A stretch of DNA of 64,000 bases, from the NCBI GenBank assembly GCA_052108555.1, contig JBQEAV010000009.1, forward strand, positions 3,628-67,627, in the 5' to 3' direction. Positions 9,708 to 20,784 of the stretch are shown in pieces; the stretch's first letter is position 1; each line of letters starts with the position of its first letter. A program made the position numbers and the translations under genes. The stretch is from Luteimonas sp. (lineage in GTDB: Bacteria > Pseudomonadota > Gammaproteobacteria > Xanthomonadales > Xanthomonadaceae). The notes under the pieces were generated by a model that did not search any database, had not been told where the DNA came from, and saw nothing but the letters and a program-made list of their open reading frames with translations.

Positions 9708-9845
9708 GGCCGCGTGGGATGACGCAGCGGCGATGCAGCGTCAGCGGCTCATCGCGGACAGCATCGACACCCGGGACCCACGCGCTCGGCACGCGGGACG
9801 TGGATCCGACTGTGCGTGGCTCCCGGGGTGCGGAGCGCCAACCAC

Positions 9846-10352
9846 TCAGCTGTCGTCGAGCAGCTGCGCCAGCGCCCAGGTGTCGAGGAAGGCGGTCACC
9901 CGGACGATGCGACCGTCGGCCAGTTCGAGATGCCAGGCGTAGTGGTTGCGATACGTGCCGCCATCGCGCGCGGTGGCGGTGCCCTGCCACAGCACGACGA
10001 CGTGGGCGCCGTCGGCGACGATGCGCTCCACCTGCGGCACGATCGGCGTCGCAAGGCGCGCGGTGATCGGCGCGACCGCCTCGTCGAGGAACGTCTGCTT
10101 CGAGCGGTACGTGCCCGAGACCGGACTGTCGCCGGCGACGGTCCACACGACATCGTCGGCGAGCAGGTCGAACACGCTGCCCTGCCCGAGTCGCCAGGCC
10201 TCGAACGCAGCGCGGATCTGCGCGGCGTTGTCATGGGTGGTGGTCTGCGCCGGCGCATCGCCGGCGTGCGCGGACACCACCGGCACCGCGAGTCCCATCG
10301 CGATCACGAGACCGGCGATCCGGCAGCAACGCGGCACCGTGCGGGCGGCCAT
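9846..10352 (-). CDS. Secreted NTF2/SnoaL (ketosteroid isomerase-like) protein
   Basis: LLADDVVWTV, YRNHYAW, DGRIVRVTAFLDT; signal peptide. Confidence 0.85.
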   Translation of the reverse strand: MAARTVPRCCRIAGLVIAMGLAVPVVSAHAGDAPAQTTTHDNAAQIRAAFEAWRLGQGSVFDLLADDVVWTVAGDSPVSGTYRSKQTFLDEAVAPITARLATPIVPQVERIVADGAHVVVLWQGTATARDGGTYRNHYAWHLELADGRIVRVTAFLDTWALAQLLDDS

Positions 10353-11089
10353 CAGTACGGGCTCGCGACGGGACGCACGATCAGCTCGCTGACATCGACG
10401 TCGGCGGGCTGGGTCATCGCAAACGCGATCGCGCGCGCAATGGCTTCGGGCTCGATCGTGATGCGGCGGAAATCGCGCATGCCTTCAGCCGCGCCCGCGT
10501 GGGTGATGGTGTCGGCGAGTTCGGAGGTCGTGGTGCCCGGGCTCACCACGGTCACGCGCAGCGTGGTGGTCTCCTGCCGCAGGCCTTCGGAGATCGCCCA
10601 CACCGCGTACTTGGTGGCGCAGTAGACGGCCGATGTGGGGAAGACCTGGTGCGCGCCGATCGAGGCGACATTGATGACGTGGCCGAAGCCCTGCTGTTCC
10701 ATCGCCGGCAGTACCGCCGCGATGCCGTGCAGCACGCCACGGATGTTGACGTCGATCATCCGGTCCCATTCGTCGCGCTTGCGCGCCGACAACGGCGAGA
10801 GCGGCATGACGCCGGCGTTGTTGATGAGGGCATCGATGCGGCCGTGCGCGGCGAGCGCGTGATCGGCGAAGGCCTGCATGTCGTCCGCCGACACCACATC
10901 CAGCGCACGCGCTTCGGCGCGGCCGCCGGCGGCGGTGATCGCGTCGACCAGCGCATCGAGGCGATCGACGCGGCGTGCGCCGAGTACGACGGTGGCGCGA
11001 CGGGCGGCGAGTTCGCGCGCGGTCGCGGCGCCAATGCCGCTGCTGGCGCCAGTGATCAGCACGATGCGGTTGGCGAGATCCTGCTGCAT
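10352..11089 (-). CDS. Short-chain dehydrogenase/reductase
   Basis: TGASSGIG, NNAG, YCATK. Confidence 0.92.
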   Translation of the reverse strand: MQQDLANRIVLITGASSGIGAATARELAARRATVVLGARRVDRLDALVDAITAAGGRAEARALDVVSADDMQAFADHALAAHGRIDALINNAGVMPLSPLSARKRDEWDRMIDVNIRGVLHGIAAVLPAMEQQGFGHVINVASIGAHQVFPTSAVYCATKYAVWAISEGLRQETTTLRVTVVSPGTTTSELADTITHAGAAEGMRDFRRITIEPEAIARAIAFAMTQPADVDVSELIVRPVASPY

Positions 11090-11179
11090 GGGAAAGCTCC
11101 TGCAATGGGCGTCTGGGCCCGGTGCAGACACGGTAGAAGCGGTCCGGCGTCGCGAGAATTCCCTCGTGTCTGGATGCTG

Positions 11180-11198
11180 TGGTTAGACTGGCTAACCA
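11180..11198. promoter_or_regulatory. LysR recognition box (T-N11-A dyad)
   Basis: TGGTTAG-ACTGG-CTAACCA perfect dyad abutting the LysR ATG. Confidence 0.7.
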
Positions 11199-12149
11199 AT
11201 GGATCTCGACCTCAACCTGCTGCGCGTGTTCGTCGCGGTCGCCGAAAGCGACAACTTCCGCGCCGCCGCCGATCGCCTGGGTGTGACCCGCTCGGCGGTC
11301 AGCCAGGGCATGCGCAAGCTGGAAGACCGGCTGGGTGTCGCGCTGGTGACACGCTCCACCCGCAGCGTGCGGCTGACCGAAGCCGGGCATCGGCTGCATC
11401 AACAGATCGCGCAGCCGCTGGCGAGGATCGCCGCCGCGCTCGACGACGCACTCGACGACGGCCCGCCGCGTGGCCTGCTACGCGTCGCGGTGACTTCGAT
11501 CGCCGAACGCTTCCTCGCCGGTCCGCTGGTCGCACGCTTCGCGCAGGCCTATCCGCAGGTCACGCTCGACGTGACCGTGACCGACGACGAGTCGGACATC
11601 GTCGCCGAAGGTTTCGATGCCGGCGTGCGGCTGGGCGAGGTGATCGAGCAGGACATGATCGCGGTGCCGCTGACCGGACCGGTGCGCCAGGTCGTCGTGG
11701 CGACGCCCGGCTATCTGGAAGCACACGGCACGCCGACGCACCCGCGCGATCTGGTCGCGCACCGCTGCATCGGCTGGCGGCCCGCGCCGGGCGTGGCGCC
11801 CTATCGCTGGGAGTTCGCGCGCGACGGACAGGATTTCGACGTCGCCGTGCAGCCGCAGGTCACGACCAACGACATGCTGCTGATGGTACGCACCGCGCTC
11901 GCCGGCGGCGGCCTGACGATCGGCATCGAGGAGACGTTCGCACCGTGGATCGCACGCGGCGAACTGGTGACGCTGCTGGACGACTACCTGCCACCGTTCC
12001 CCGGCTTCTTTCTGTATTACCCCGACCGCCGTAACCTGCCGCCGAAACTGCGCGCGCTGATCGAGCATGTACGGACGTTCCGCGATCCCGTCGCAGGACT
12101 GCGCCGAGGGGGGCAATCCCGCCGCTCTGCCCAGGTCAGGCGGAAATGA
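11199..12149 (+). CDS. LysR-family regulator (CrgA-like)
   Basis: N-terminal HTH (FRAAADRLGVTRSAVSQ), TRSVRLTEAG; divergent from the SDR gene. Confidence 0.92.
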   Translation: MDLDLNLLRVFVAVAESDNFRAAADRLGVTRSAVSQGMRKLEDRLGVALVTRSTRSVRLTEAGHRLHQQIAQPLARIAAALDDALDDGPPRGLLRVAVTSIAERFLAGPLVARFAQAYPQVTLDVTVTDDESDIVAEGFDAGVRLGEVIEQDMIAVPLTGPVRQVVVATPGYLEAHGTPTHPRDLVAHRCIGWRPAPGVAPYRWEFARDGQDFDVAVQPQVTTNDMLLMVRTALAGGGLTIGIEETFAPWIARGELVTLLDDYLPPFPGFFLYYPDRRNLPPKLRALIEHVRTFRDPVAGLRRGGQSRRSAQVRRK

Positions 12150-12173
12150 CGAAGGGCTGGCGGACTGCCGGGC

Positions 12174-14054
12174 TCAACGCCCACCCCGCAGATCCCGCCC
12201 CAGCTGCCGGTACAGCGTACTGCGACTGATGCCCAGCCGGCGCGCGGCATGTACGACGTTGCCGTTGCAGGCTTCGATCGCGGCCAGCATCGCTTGGCGG
12301 TTCAGTGCCTGCAGGTCGGCCGGCGTCGGCGTGCGCAGGGACGCGGTGACTTGCGTCGGCAGGCGACGCAGATACGCGGGCAGACCGTCCGCGTCGATCG
12401 TCACGCCCGGCTCCGACAGCGCGGCCACGGTGCGCAGGCAGGCGACCAGCTGGCGCAGGTTGCCGGGCCAGTCGTAGGCGGCCAGCGCCGCGCGGGCCTC
12501 GTCGCTAAGTCGGCGGCCTTCACCGAGGCGTTGCCAGAGTTCGTCGACCAGCTGCGCGCGATCGACGTGCGCGCGCAGCGGCGGCAGCTCGATGACGTGA
12601 TGTGCGAGGCGGTAGTAGAGGTCGGCACGGAAGCGGCCGTCGTCGATCGCGGTGTCCAGTGCGCGGTGGGTGGCGCAGACGAGGGCGAAGTCCAGCTTGA
12701 CCGGCTTGCCGCCACCGAGCGGTGACAGCTCGCGGTCCTGCAGCACGCGCAGCAGGCGTGGCTGCAGGGCGAGCGGCATGTCGCCGATTTCGTCGAGGAA
12801 CAGCACGCCGCCATCGGCCTGGCGCAACAGGCCGGGATTGCCGGCCTTGCGCGCGCCGGTGAAGGCGCCGTCCTCGTAGCCGAACAGTTCGGCCTCGATC
12901 AGGCCTTCGGGCAGCGCCGCGCAGTTCACCGCGACAAACGGCTTGCCGGCGCGCGCGCAGCGACGGTGCAGTTCGCGCGCGAATACCTCCTTGCCGCTGC
13001 CGGTCTCGCCCTGCACCAGCACCGGAATGCCGGCGTCGAGGACGCGGCCGGCACGCTGCAGTTCGGCATCGAGCGCGGCGTCGAAGATCGGCGCATCGGC
13101 ATGTGCATGGCGCGTGGCCGGCGACACGGTGATCGGCGTGCGCGTCGGCGCGCGGCGTTGCTGCCCGGCGCCGTCGACACGCCCGTAGAACGGGCGCCCA
13201 TGGCGGTCGTGGAACGCGCCATCGCTGCGCAGCCGCGACAGCGGCTCGTCGAACAGCGCGTCGAAGGTGGCGCGGCCGAGTTCGCCATGCGCCAGCCCGA
13301 ACAGGTCGAGGCCCACACGGTTGGCGACGACCAGCCTGCCGTTGCGGAAGCCAAGCAGGCCCTCGCGCGAGGAGCCGAGCAGGGCCGGATCACGATGCAC
13401 GCGGATCAGGTCGCAGTCGGCGATGCCGTCATCAAAGTAGCGGTGTTCGATGTTGGCGATCGCCAGCCGCACCAGGCCCAGCGCATGCCGTTGCGACGCG
13501 CTGGATTCGCCGGAGATGTCGAGCACGCCGACCAGCTGGCCGTGCGGGTCGAAGATCGGCGCCGCGCTGCACGACAGGATGCGGTGCGGCGGCAGGTAGT
13601 GCTCGCCACCGTGCACCTCGACGTGGCGACGTTCGTGGATCGCGGTGCCGATGGCGTTGGTGCCCACGCGCGACTCGTGCCAGCACGCGCCGGGCATCAG
13701 GGCGACGCGCCCGGCCTTGTCGAGAAAGCCGGTGTCGCCGCCGGCATCGAGGATCCAGCCGTCGGCATCGGTGAGGATGACCATGCTGCCGTTGGCGTCG
13801 GCATCGCTGGACAGCAGTTCGATCTCCGCGCGTGCCAGCCGCCACAGGGTTTCGTGGCGCTGGCGCATCTCGCGCAGGCGCATCGCATCGACCGGCTCGA
13901 TGTCGGGATTGCGCACGGCCTCCAGACCGGCGTTGCGGCAGCGCGACCACGATTGCAGGATCGTCGCCGGCACCTGGCCCACCGGCGCCCCGCCCCATTC
14001 GAAGAACGTGCGGCGGGCCTGGGTCAACTGGTCGCTGAGGGCATTGCGGCGCAT
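12174..14054 (-). CDS. Sigma-54 enhancer-binding protein, GAF-AAA-Fis (AcoR-like)
   Basis: GTNAIG GAF motif, GETGSGKE, GAFTGA, LFLDEIG, WPGNLRQL, Fis HTH. Confidence 0.93.
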   Translation of the reverse strand: MRRNALSDQLTQARRTFFEWGGAPVGQVPATILQSWSRCRNAGLEAVRNPDIEPVDAMRLREMRQRHETLWRLARAEIELLSSDADANGSMVILTDADGWILDAGGDTGFLDKAGRVALMPGACWHESRVGTNAIGTAIHERRHVEVHGGEHYLPPHRILSCSAAPIFDPHGQLVGVLDISGESSASQRHALGLVRLAIANIEHRYFDDGIADCDLIRVHRDPALLGSSREGLLGFRNGRLVVANRVGLDLFGLAHGELGRATFDALFDEPLSRLRSDGAFHDRHGRPFYGRVDGAGQQRRAPTRTPITVSPATRHAHADAPIFDAALDAELQRAGRVLDAGIPVLVQGETGSGKEVFARELHRRCARAGKPFVAVNCAALPEGLIEAELFGYEDGAFTGARKAGNPGLLRQADGGVLFLDEIGDMPLALQPRLLRVLQDRELSPLGGGKPVKLDFALVCATHRALDTAIDDGRFRADLYYRLAHHVIELPPLRAHVDRAQLVDELWQRLGEGRRLSDEARAALAAYDWPGNLRQLVACLRTVAALSEPGVTIDADGLPAYLRRLPTQVTASLRTPTPADLQALNRQAMLAAIEACNGNVVHAARRLGISRSTLYRQLGRDLRGGR

Positions 14055-14078
14055 CGTCTGTCTCCACGTGCGGGCCGG

Positions 14079-14095
14079 TGTCGCAGGATGCGACA
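14079..14095. promoter_or_regulatory. Putative upstream activator sequence for the AcoR-like EBP
   Basis: TGTCGCA-GGA-TGCGACA dyad about 135 bp upstream of the -24 element. Confidence 0.65.
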
Positions 14096-14226
14096 GCGGC
14101 ACACGCTGCTGTCTCCATACACATCACATGCCGGGACACCGCGCAACGCTGCGCTGCAGCACGGGTCATGACGCGTTCCGCGTCGTACCGCGCACCGGAC
14201 GCATGACGCGGCGCAGCACCGGGATC

Positions 14227-14241
14227 TGGCGCGTCGCTTGC
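14227..14241 (+). promoter_or_regulatory. Sigma-54 -24/-12 promoter of the aldehyde dehydrogenase operon
   Basis: TGGCGC-N5-TTGC with exact GG/GC spacing. Confidence 0.75.
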
Positions 14242-14300
14242 GCCAGTGAGGGTACGTACCCGTCACGGGTAGCCACCCCCCGCATGTCCAGGAGATCCGC

Positions 14301-15830
<1,530 letters not shown>

Positions 15831-15938
15831 GTGCAGCCCCGCGGTGCCGGCGCAATGCCGGTACCGCGCTTGATCCCGATCAATGCGCCATCGCCCCGAT
15901 GCGGAGATGGTGACCCTATCCAACCGATGGAGCATGCA

Positions 15939-16967
15939 ATGGACACGACGATGAAAGCCGCGGTGGTCCGCGCGTTCGGCAAGCCGCTGGCGATCGAGGA
16001 AGTCCCGGTGCCGCGCCCGGGCGCCGGCGACATCCTGGTCAAGATCGAAGCCTGTGGCGTCTGCCACACCGACCTGCACGCCGCCGAAGGCGACTGGCCG
16101 GTCAAGCCGAATCCGCCGTTCATTCCCGGCCACGAGGGCGTGGGCCACGTCGTCGCGGTCGGCGAAGGCGTCAAGCACGTCAAGGAAGGCGACCGCGTCG
16201 GCATTCCGTGGCTGTACTCGGCCTGCGGTTACTGCGAGCACTGCCTCGGCGGCTGGGAAACGCTGTGCGAAAGCCAGCAGAACACCGGCTACTCGATCAA
16301 CGGCGGCTTCGCCCAGTACGCGCTGGCGAATGCCGGCTATGTGGGCCATCTGCCCAAGGACATCGGCTTCGTCGAGATCGCGCCGATCCTGTGCGCAGGC
16401 GTCACCGTCTACAAGGGACTCAAGGTCACCGACACGCGCCCGGGCGACTGGGTGGTGATCTCGGGCATCGGCGGGCTCGGCCACATGGCGGTGCAGTACG
16501 CGAAGGCGATGGGGCTGAACGTGGCGGCGGTGGACATCGATGATGCCAAGCTCGACCTGGCCACGCGCCTGGGCGCGTCGGTGACGGTCAATGCGAAGAC
16601 CACCGATCCGGTCGCGTTCCTGAAGAAGGAGATCGGCGGTGCGCACGGCGCCCTGGTCACCGCGGTCTCGCCGAAGGCCTTCGAGCAGGCGATCGGCATG
16701 GTCCGGCGCGGCGGTACGGTCTCGCTCAACGGCCTGCCACCGGGCGACTTCCCGCTCGACATCTTCGGCCTGGTGCTCAATGGCGTGACCGTGCGCGGCT
16801 CGATCGTCGGCACCCGTCTGGACCTGCAGGAATCGCTGGAGTTCGCGGCGATGGGCAAGGTCAAGGCGACCGTCGCCAGTGACCGGCTGGAGAACATCAA
16901 CGCGATCTTCGAACGCATGCACAAGGGCCAGATCGAAGGCCGCATCGTGCTCGACATGGCCGCCTGA
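15939..16967 (+). CDS. adhP: Zn-dependent alcohol dehydrogenase
   Basis: CGVCHTD, GHEGVG, four-Cys structural Zn site, GIGGLG. Confidence 0.95.
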   Translation: MDTTMKAAVVRAFGKPLAIEEVPVPRPGAGDILVKIEACGVCHTDLHAAEGDWPVKPNPPFIPGHEGVGHVVAVGEGVKHVKEGDRVGIPWLYSACGYCEHCLGGWETLCESQQNTGYSINGGFAQYALANAGYVGHLPKDIGFVEIAPILCAGVTVYKGLKVTDTRPGDWVVISGIGGLGHMAVQYAKAMGLNVAAVDIDDAKLDLATRLGASVTVNAKTTDPVAFLKKEIGGAHGALVTAVSPKAFEQAIGMVRRGGTVSLNGLPPGDFPLDIFGLVLNGVTVRGSIVGTRLDLQESLEFAAMGKVKATVASDRLENINAIFERMHKGQIEGRIVLDMAA

Positions 16968-16990
16968 CGCGGCCTGCAGGAGACCCGCCC

Positions 16991-17383
16991 GTGGCCGCCC
17001 TCCCCTCTGACGCCCTCCCGTTGCAGGTGATGGCGACCCTGCCGGCGCTGCAGCTGATCGACACCCTGCGGCGCCGGCACGGCCCGGTGCTGTTCCACCA
17101 GTCCGGCGGCTGCTGCGACGGCTCCTCGCCGATGTGCTTCCCGGTCGACGACTTCATCGTCGGCGACCGCGACGTGCGACTGGGCGAGATCGGTGGCGCC
17201 GCGTTCTACATCAGCGCGCCGCAGTTCGAGTACTGGAAACACACGCAACTGATCATCGATGTCGTCGAGGGCCGTGGCGGCATGTTCTCGCTGGAGAACG
17301 GCGAAGGCGTGCGCTTCCATGTGCGTTCGCGGCTGTTCGACGAGGCGGAACTGGCGGCGCTGCGCACGGCCGGGCGGCTCTGA
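16991..17383 (+). CDS. DUF779 protein
   Basis: FHQSGGCCDGSSPMC; typical position after aldehyde/alcohol dehydrogenase genes. Confidence 0.9.
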   Translation: MAALPSDALPLQVMATLPALQLIDTLRRRHGPVLFHQSGGCCDGSSPMCFPVDDFIVGDRDVRLGEIGGAAFYISAPQFEYWKHTQLIIDVVEGRGGMFSLENGEGVRFHVRSRLFDEAELAALRTAGRL

Positions 17384-17442
17384 GGCCAGTCATCCGCGCT
17401 GACGCTGTGTCCCGGACGCGCGGACGGCTGCGCCGGGTGCAG

Positions 17443-18642
17443 TCAACGCGTGCCTGCGAATCGTTCGATCCAGGCGACCGCGGTGCCACAGCCTTCTTCC
17501 TCGCCCATCGCATCTGCGAGTGCGGCAGCGCGTGCGCGGGTGTCGGCACGCTCGGCGAATGCGATCGCGGCGCGCAGGCTGGACGCCGACGGTCGCCGAC
17601 CCGACAGCACGCGATCGGCGATGCCCAGCGCGCGCAGGCGGCCTGCCCAGAACGGCTGGTCGCCGGCGAAGGGCAGGATCACCGACGGAATGCCGGCCCG
17701 GCATGCGGAGTGCGTGGTGCCCGATCCGCCGTGATGGATCGCCAGCGCGCAGCGCGGCAGCAGCCAGTCGTGCGGCACGCTGCCGATGACGTGGATTCTC
17801 GCCGGCAGGCCGCGGGTGTCGATGCCGCTCCAGCCCGGGTTGAACAGCACGCGGCGATCGCCGACGGCCGCCAGCAATGCGGCGCGCACGCGCGGCGCAT
17901 CGAAGCCGCTCATGCTGCCGAAGCCGACGTAGACCGGCGGCGGTCCGGACTCGATCCAGCCGACGAGGCCCGGCGGTGGCGTCCAGTCTGTCGACGGCGG
18001 CACCCACTGGCCGCAGGCGACCGCATCAGCCGGCCAGTCGTCGATGTCCGGCAGCAGCGCCGGCGACACGCCGTAGAGCACCGGATGCGCGGTCCATAGC
18101 GCCTTGCGCGGCGGCAGGCCGATCGCGACGCGGCCGCGATTCGTCGTCGCGCGGAACGTGCGCCAGACCATGTGGTTCACGAACGCGTGCGAGCTGCGGT
18201 TGAGCATCCGCGGCAGGCGCAGCGGCGACAGCGGCGAGGTGAACGCGGCGGTCGGACTGATCGGAATCATCATCGCGCCGATCGCCGGCACGCCCAGCGC
18301 CTCCGCCACCGACAGGCCGACGAACGCGGTGAGGCCGGACACGATCACCGCATCGCAACCCGCGCCGAGTGTCATCGCCTGCTGCATCCATTCGGGCGTG
18401 CGCGCCTCGACGATGCGGATCAGCGCGCGCTCGATCTGGCGCATCGACCGCATCCGCGTCAGCGTGCCGCGGATGTCGCCGGCCAAGGCAGTCGCCGGCA
18501 CGCCGAGCGCGCGTGCGCTGTCGAGCGTGTCGGCATCGCCGAGCAGATGCACCGAATGCCCGGCGCGCATCAAGGCGCAGCCGAGCGCGGCGAGTGGTCG
18601 CGCGTCGCCCTCGGTGCCGTAGGTGATGATCAGCAGGCGCAT
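17443..18642 (-). CDS. GT1/GT28-type glycosyltransferase (sterol glucosyltransferase-like)
   Basis: YGTEGD, YVGFGSM, HHGGSGTT, PFAGDQPFWA. Confidence 0.9.
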   Translation of the reverse strand: MRLLIITYGTEGDARPLAALGCALMRAGHSVHLLGDADTLDSARALGVPATALAGDIRGTLTRMRSMRQIERALIRIVEARTPEWMQQAMTLGAGCDAVIVSGLTAFVGLSVAEALGVPAIGAMMIPISPTAAFTSPLSPLRLPRMLNRSSHAFVNHMVWRTFRATTNRGRVAIGLPPRKALWTAHPVLYGVSPALLPDIDDWPADAVACGQWVPPSTDWTPPPGLVGWIESGPPPVYVGFGSMSGFDAPRVRAALLAAVGDRRVLFNPGWSGIDTRGLPARIHVIGSVPHDWLLPRCALAIHHGGSGTTHSACRAGIPSVILPFAGDQPFWAGRLRALGIADRVLSGRRPSASSLRAAIAFAERADTRARAAALADAMGEEEGCGTAVAWIERFAGTR

Positions 18643-18673
18643 CGCAGCCACGATACGCCAGCGCTCAGGAACG

Positions 18674-20065
18674 CTACGTTGTCTTCAGCGGCTGCACGCG
18701 GAAACGGCGGCCTTTGATCTTGCCGTCGCGCAGGTGGTTGACCGCCTGCTGCACCTTGCCGCGCGTGATGGCGACGTAGCTGCGCGTGGCGAAGACATCG
18801 ATCTTGCCGATCGCGTCCTTGTGCAGCCCGGCCTCGCCGGTCAGCGCGCCGACGATGTCGCCGGGGCGCAGCTTGTCGGTGCGACCGGCATCGATGCGCA
18901 ACGTGACCATCGGCGCGGCCGGCACGTCACTGCCCTTGCCGCTGAGCGGCAAGAGTTTCTCCCAGCGCAGCGGCGCGCCGAATTGCCCTTCGACCAGCGC
19001 GGTGCGCGGCATTTCCCGCGGCGTGACCAGGCTCAGCGCCAGACCGGACCGCCCCGCACGCCCGGTGCGGCCGATGCGGTGCACGTAGGTGTCGGCATCG
19101 TGCGGCAGTTCGTAGTTCACCACCGCGCCGATGTCCTCGACATCGAGGCCGCGCGCGGCGACATCGCTGGCCACCAGCACGTTGCAGCTGCGGTTGGCGA
19201 AACGCACCAGCACTTCGTCGCGGTCGCGCTGTTCCATGTCGCCGTGCAGTGCGAGCGCATCGAAGCCGTAGTGCGCGAGCGAGCCGGCGACTTCGTTGAC
19301 GTCGGCACGGGTGTTGCAGAACACCACCGCCGATTCGGGCCGATGACGCAGCAGCAGCGCGGCCAGCTGCGGCGCGCGGCGCGACGGTTCCACTTCATGG
19401 AAGATCTGTTCGATCTTCGGCGCGGGCGCGTTCCCTTCGACGCCGATCTGCACCGGCTCACGCAGCATCGCGGTGCCGAGATCGCGGATCTCGTCCGGGA
19501 ATGTGGCGGAGAACAGCAGGCCCTGCCGCGTCGGCGGCACGCGCTTGACGATGTCGCGGATCGAGTCTTCGAAACCCATGTCAAGCATGCGGTCGGCTTC
19601 GTCGAGCACCAGCGTGCGCACGTGACGCAGATGCAGCGCCTTCTTCTTCGCCAGCTCCTGGATGCGTCCCGGTGTGCCGACGACGACATGCGGCGGATGC
19701 GTCAGCGACGCGAGTTGCGGCCCGAGCGGAATGCCACCGCACAGCAGCGAGAGTTTCAGGTTCGGAATCCCGAGCGCGAGCTTGCGCAGCTGCTTGCCGA
19801 CCTGGTCGGCAAGCTCGCGCGTCGGGCACAGCACCAGCGCCTGGGTCTCGATGAGGCCGGTGTCGATCTTCTGCAGCAGTCCGAGCCCGAATGCCGCGGT
19901 CTTGCCACTGCCGGTCGGCGCCTGGGCGATGACATCGCGGCCTTCGAGGATCGGCGGCAGCGACTCGGCCTGGATCGGGGTCATCGACGTGTAGCCGAGG
20001 GCATCGACGCCCTGCAACAGGGCGGGCGGCAGCGCGAGCGCGGAGAACGGGAGCGGTGTGGTCAT
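18674..20065 (-). CDS. dbpA: ATP-dependent RNA helicase DbpA
   Basis: TGSGKT, PTRELA, DEAD, SAT, HRIGRTGR; C-terminal KLRPGDIVGAL RNA-binding domain. Confidence 0.95.
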   Translation of the reverse strand: MTTPLPFSALALPPALLQGVDALGYTSMTPIQAESLPPILEGRDVIAQAPTGSGKTAAFGLGLLQKIDTGLIETQALVLCPTRELADQVGKQLRKLALGIPNLKLSLLCGGIPLGPQLASLTHPPHVVVGTPGRIQELAKKKALHLRHVRTLVLDEADRMLDMGFEDSIRDIVKRVPPTRQGLLFSATFPDEIRDLGTAMLREPVQIGVEGNAPAPKIEQIFHEVEPSRRAPQLAALLLRHRPESAVVFCNTRADVNEVAGSLAHYGFDALALHGDMEQRDRDEVLVRFANRSCNVLVASDVAARGLDVEDIGAVVNYELPHDADTYVHRIGRTGRAGRSGLALSLVTPREMPRTALVEGQFGAPLRWEKLLPLSGKGSDVPAAPMVTLRIDAGRTDKLRPGDIVGALTGEAGLHKDAIGKIDVFATRSYVAITRGKVQQAVNHLRDGKIKGRRFRVQPLKTT

Positions 20066-20196
20066 GCGTACATGATCGCAGGAGTGAAGGCTGCATAACG
20101 GATGAGATGTACTGGGTGGGCACTCGGAGTTGGAAGGCCGGCCGGTTTTCGACCGCGTGCATGCGCGCGATACAACCACTCCGGCACTGACGGGCT

Positions 20197-20234
20197 GCCC
20201 CCACCCAACCCTCCCCCGCAGGCGGGGAAGGGCT
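20197..20234 (+). repeat. Hairpin+tail repeat, copy A
   Basis: GCCCCCACCCAACCCTCCCCCGCAGGCGGGGAAGGGCT. Confidence 0.9.
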
Positions 20235-20278
20235 CAGAGAGCGGCGTCGGGCCCCAGACACATGTCGTGCACGCTTTT

Positions 20279-20316
20279 AGCCCTCCCCCGCGCGCGGGGG
20301 AGGGTTGGGTGGGGGC
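20279..20316 (-). repeat. Hairpin+tail repeat, copy B (inverted)
   Basis: AGCCCTCCCCCGCGCGCGGGGGAGGGTTGGGTGGGGGC, near reverse complement of A and C. Confidence 0.9.
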
Positions 20317-20406
20317 AAACCCCACGCTCGCAAGGCGTCTGATCTGCTGGTGATGCCACCCGCTCCGAACCCAGTCTGGTCAGTTCATCGGCTCAGGATC
20401 TCCCGT

Positions 20407-20763
20407 ATGCGTGCTGGCCAACGCAACCTGCTCGCAAAACGTCTGCGACGTGCAATGACGCCGGCAGAGCACGCCCTCTGGCGTCACCTGCGTGCACGAC
20501 AGCGCTGCAATCTGAAGTTCCGAAGACAGCACCCGGTCGGACCGTTCATCGTCGACTTCGCGTGTCTGCAACCTGCGCTGGTGATCGAAGTGGATGGCGG
20601 GCAGCACAACGGTTCGCGATCCGATGCAGCGCGCGATGCATATCTGCGCCGATGCGGCTTTCATGTGTTGCGCTTCTGGAACGACGATGTGCTGTCGAAT
20701 CCGGATGGCGTCTGTCGTGTGGTGGATGCGTGGATCGAGGTGCGGGGTGTGCGCATGGATTGA
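20407..20763 (+). CDS. DUF559 / Vsr-like endonuclease (YcjD-like)
   Basis: LRRAMTPAE..LW..LR, KFRRQHPVGPFIVDF, IEVDGGQH, RD..L...GF.VLRFWN. Confidence 0.92.
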   Translation: MRAGQRNLLAKRLRRAMTPAEHALWRHLRARQRCNLKFRRQHPVGPFIVDFACLQPALVIEVDGGQHNGSRSDAARDAYLRRCGFHVLRFWNDDVLSNPDGVCRVVDAWIEVRGVRMD

Positions 20764-20784
20764 TTCTGTGAGCGCGGAGGATTC

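Noticed and set aside
20066-20196. Lower-GC leader upstream of dbpA as a cis-regulatory RNA
   Set aside because: No clear structure or known motif; consistent with an ordinary promoter.
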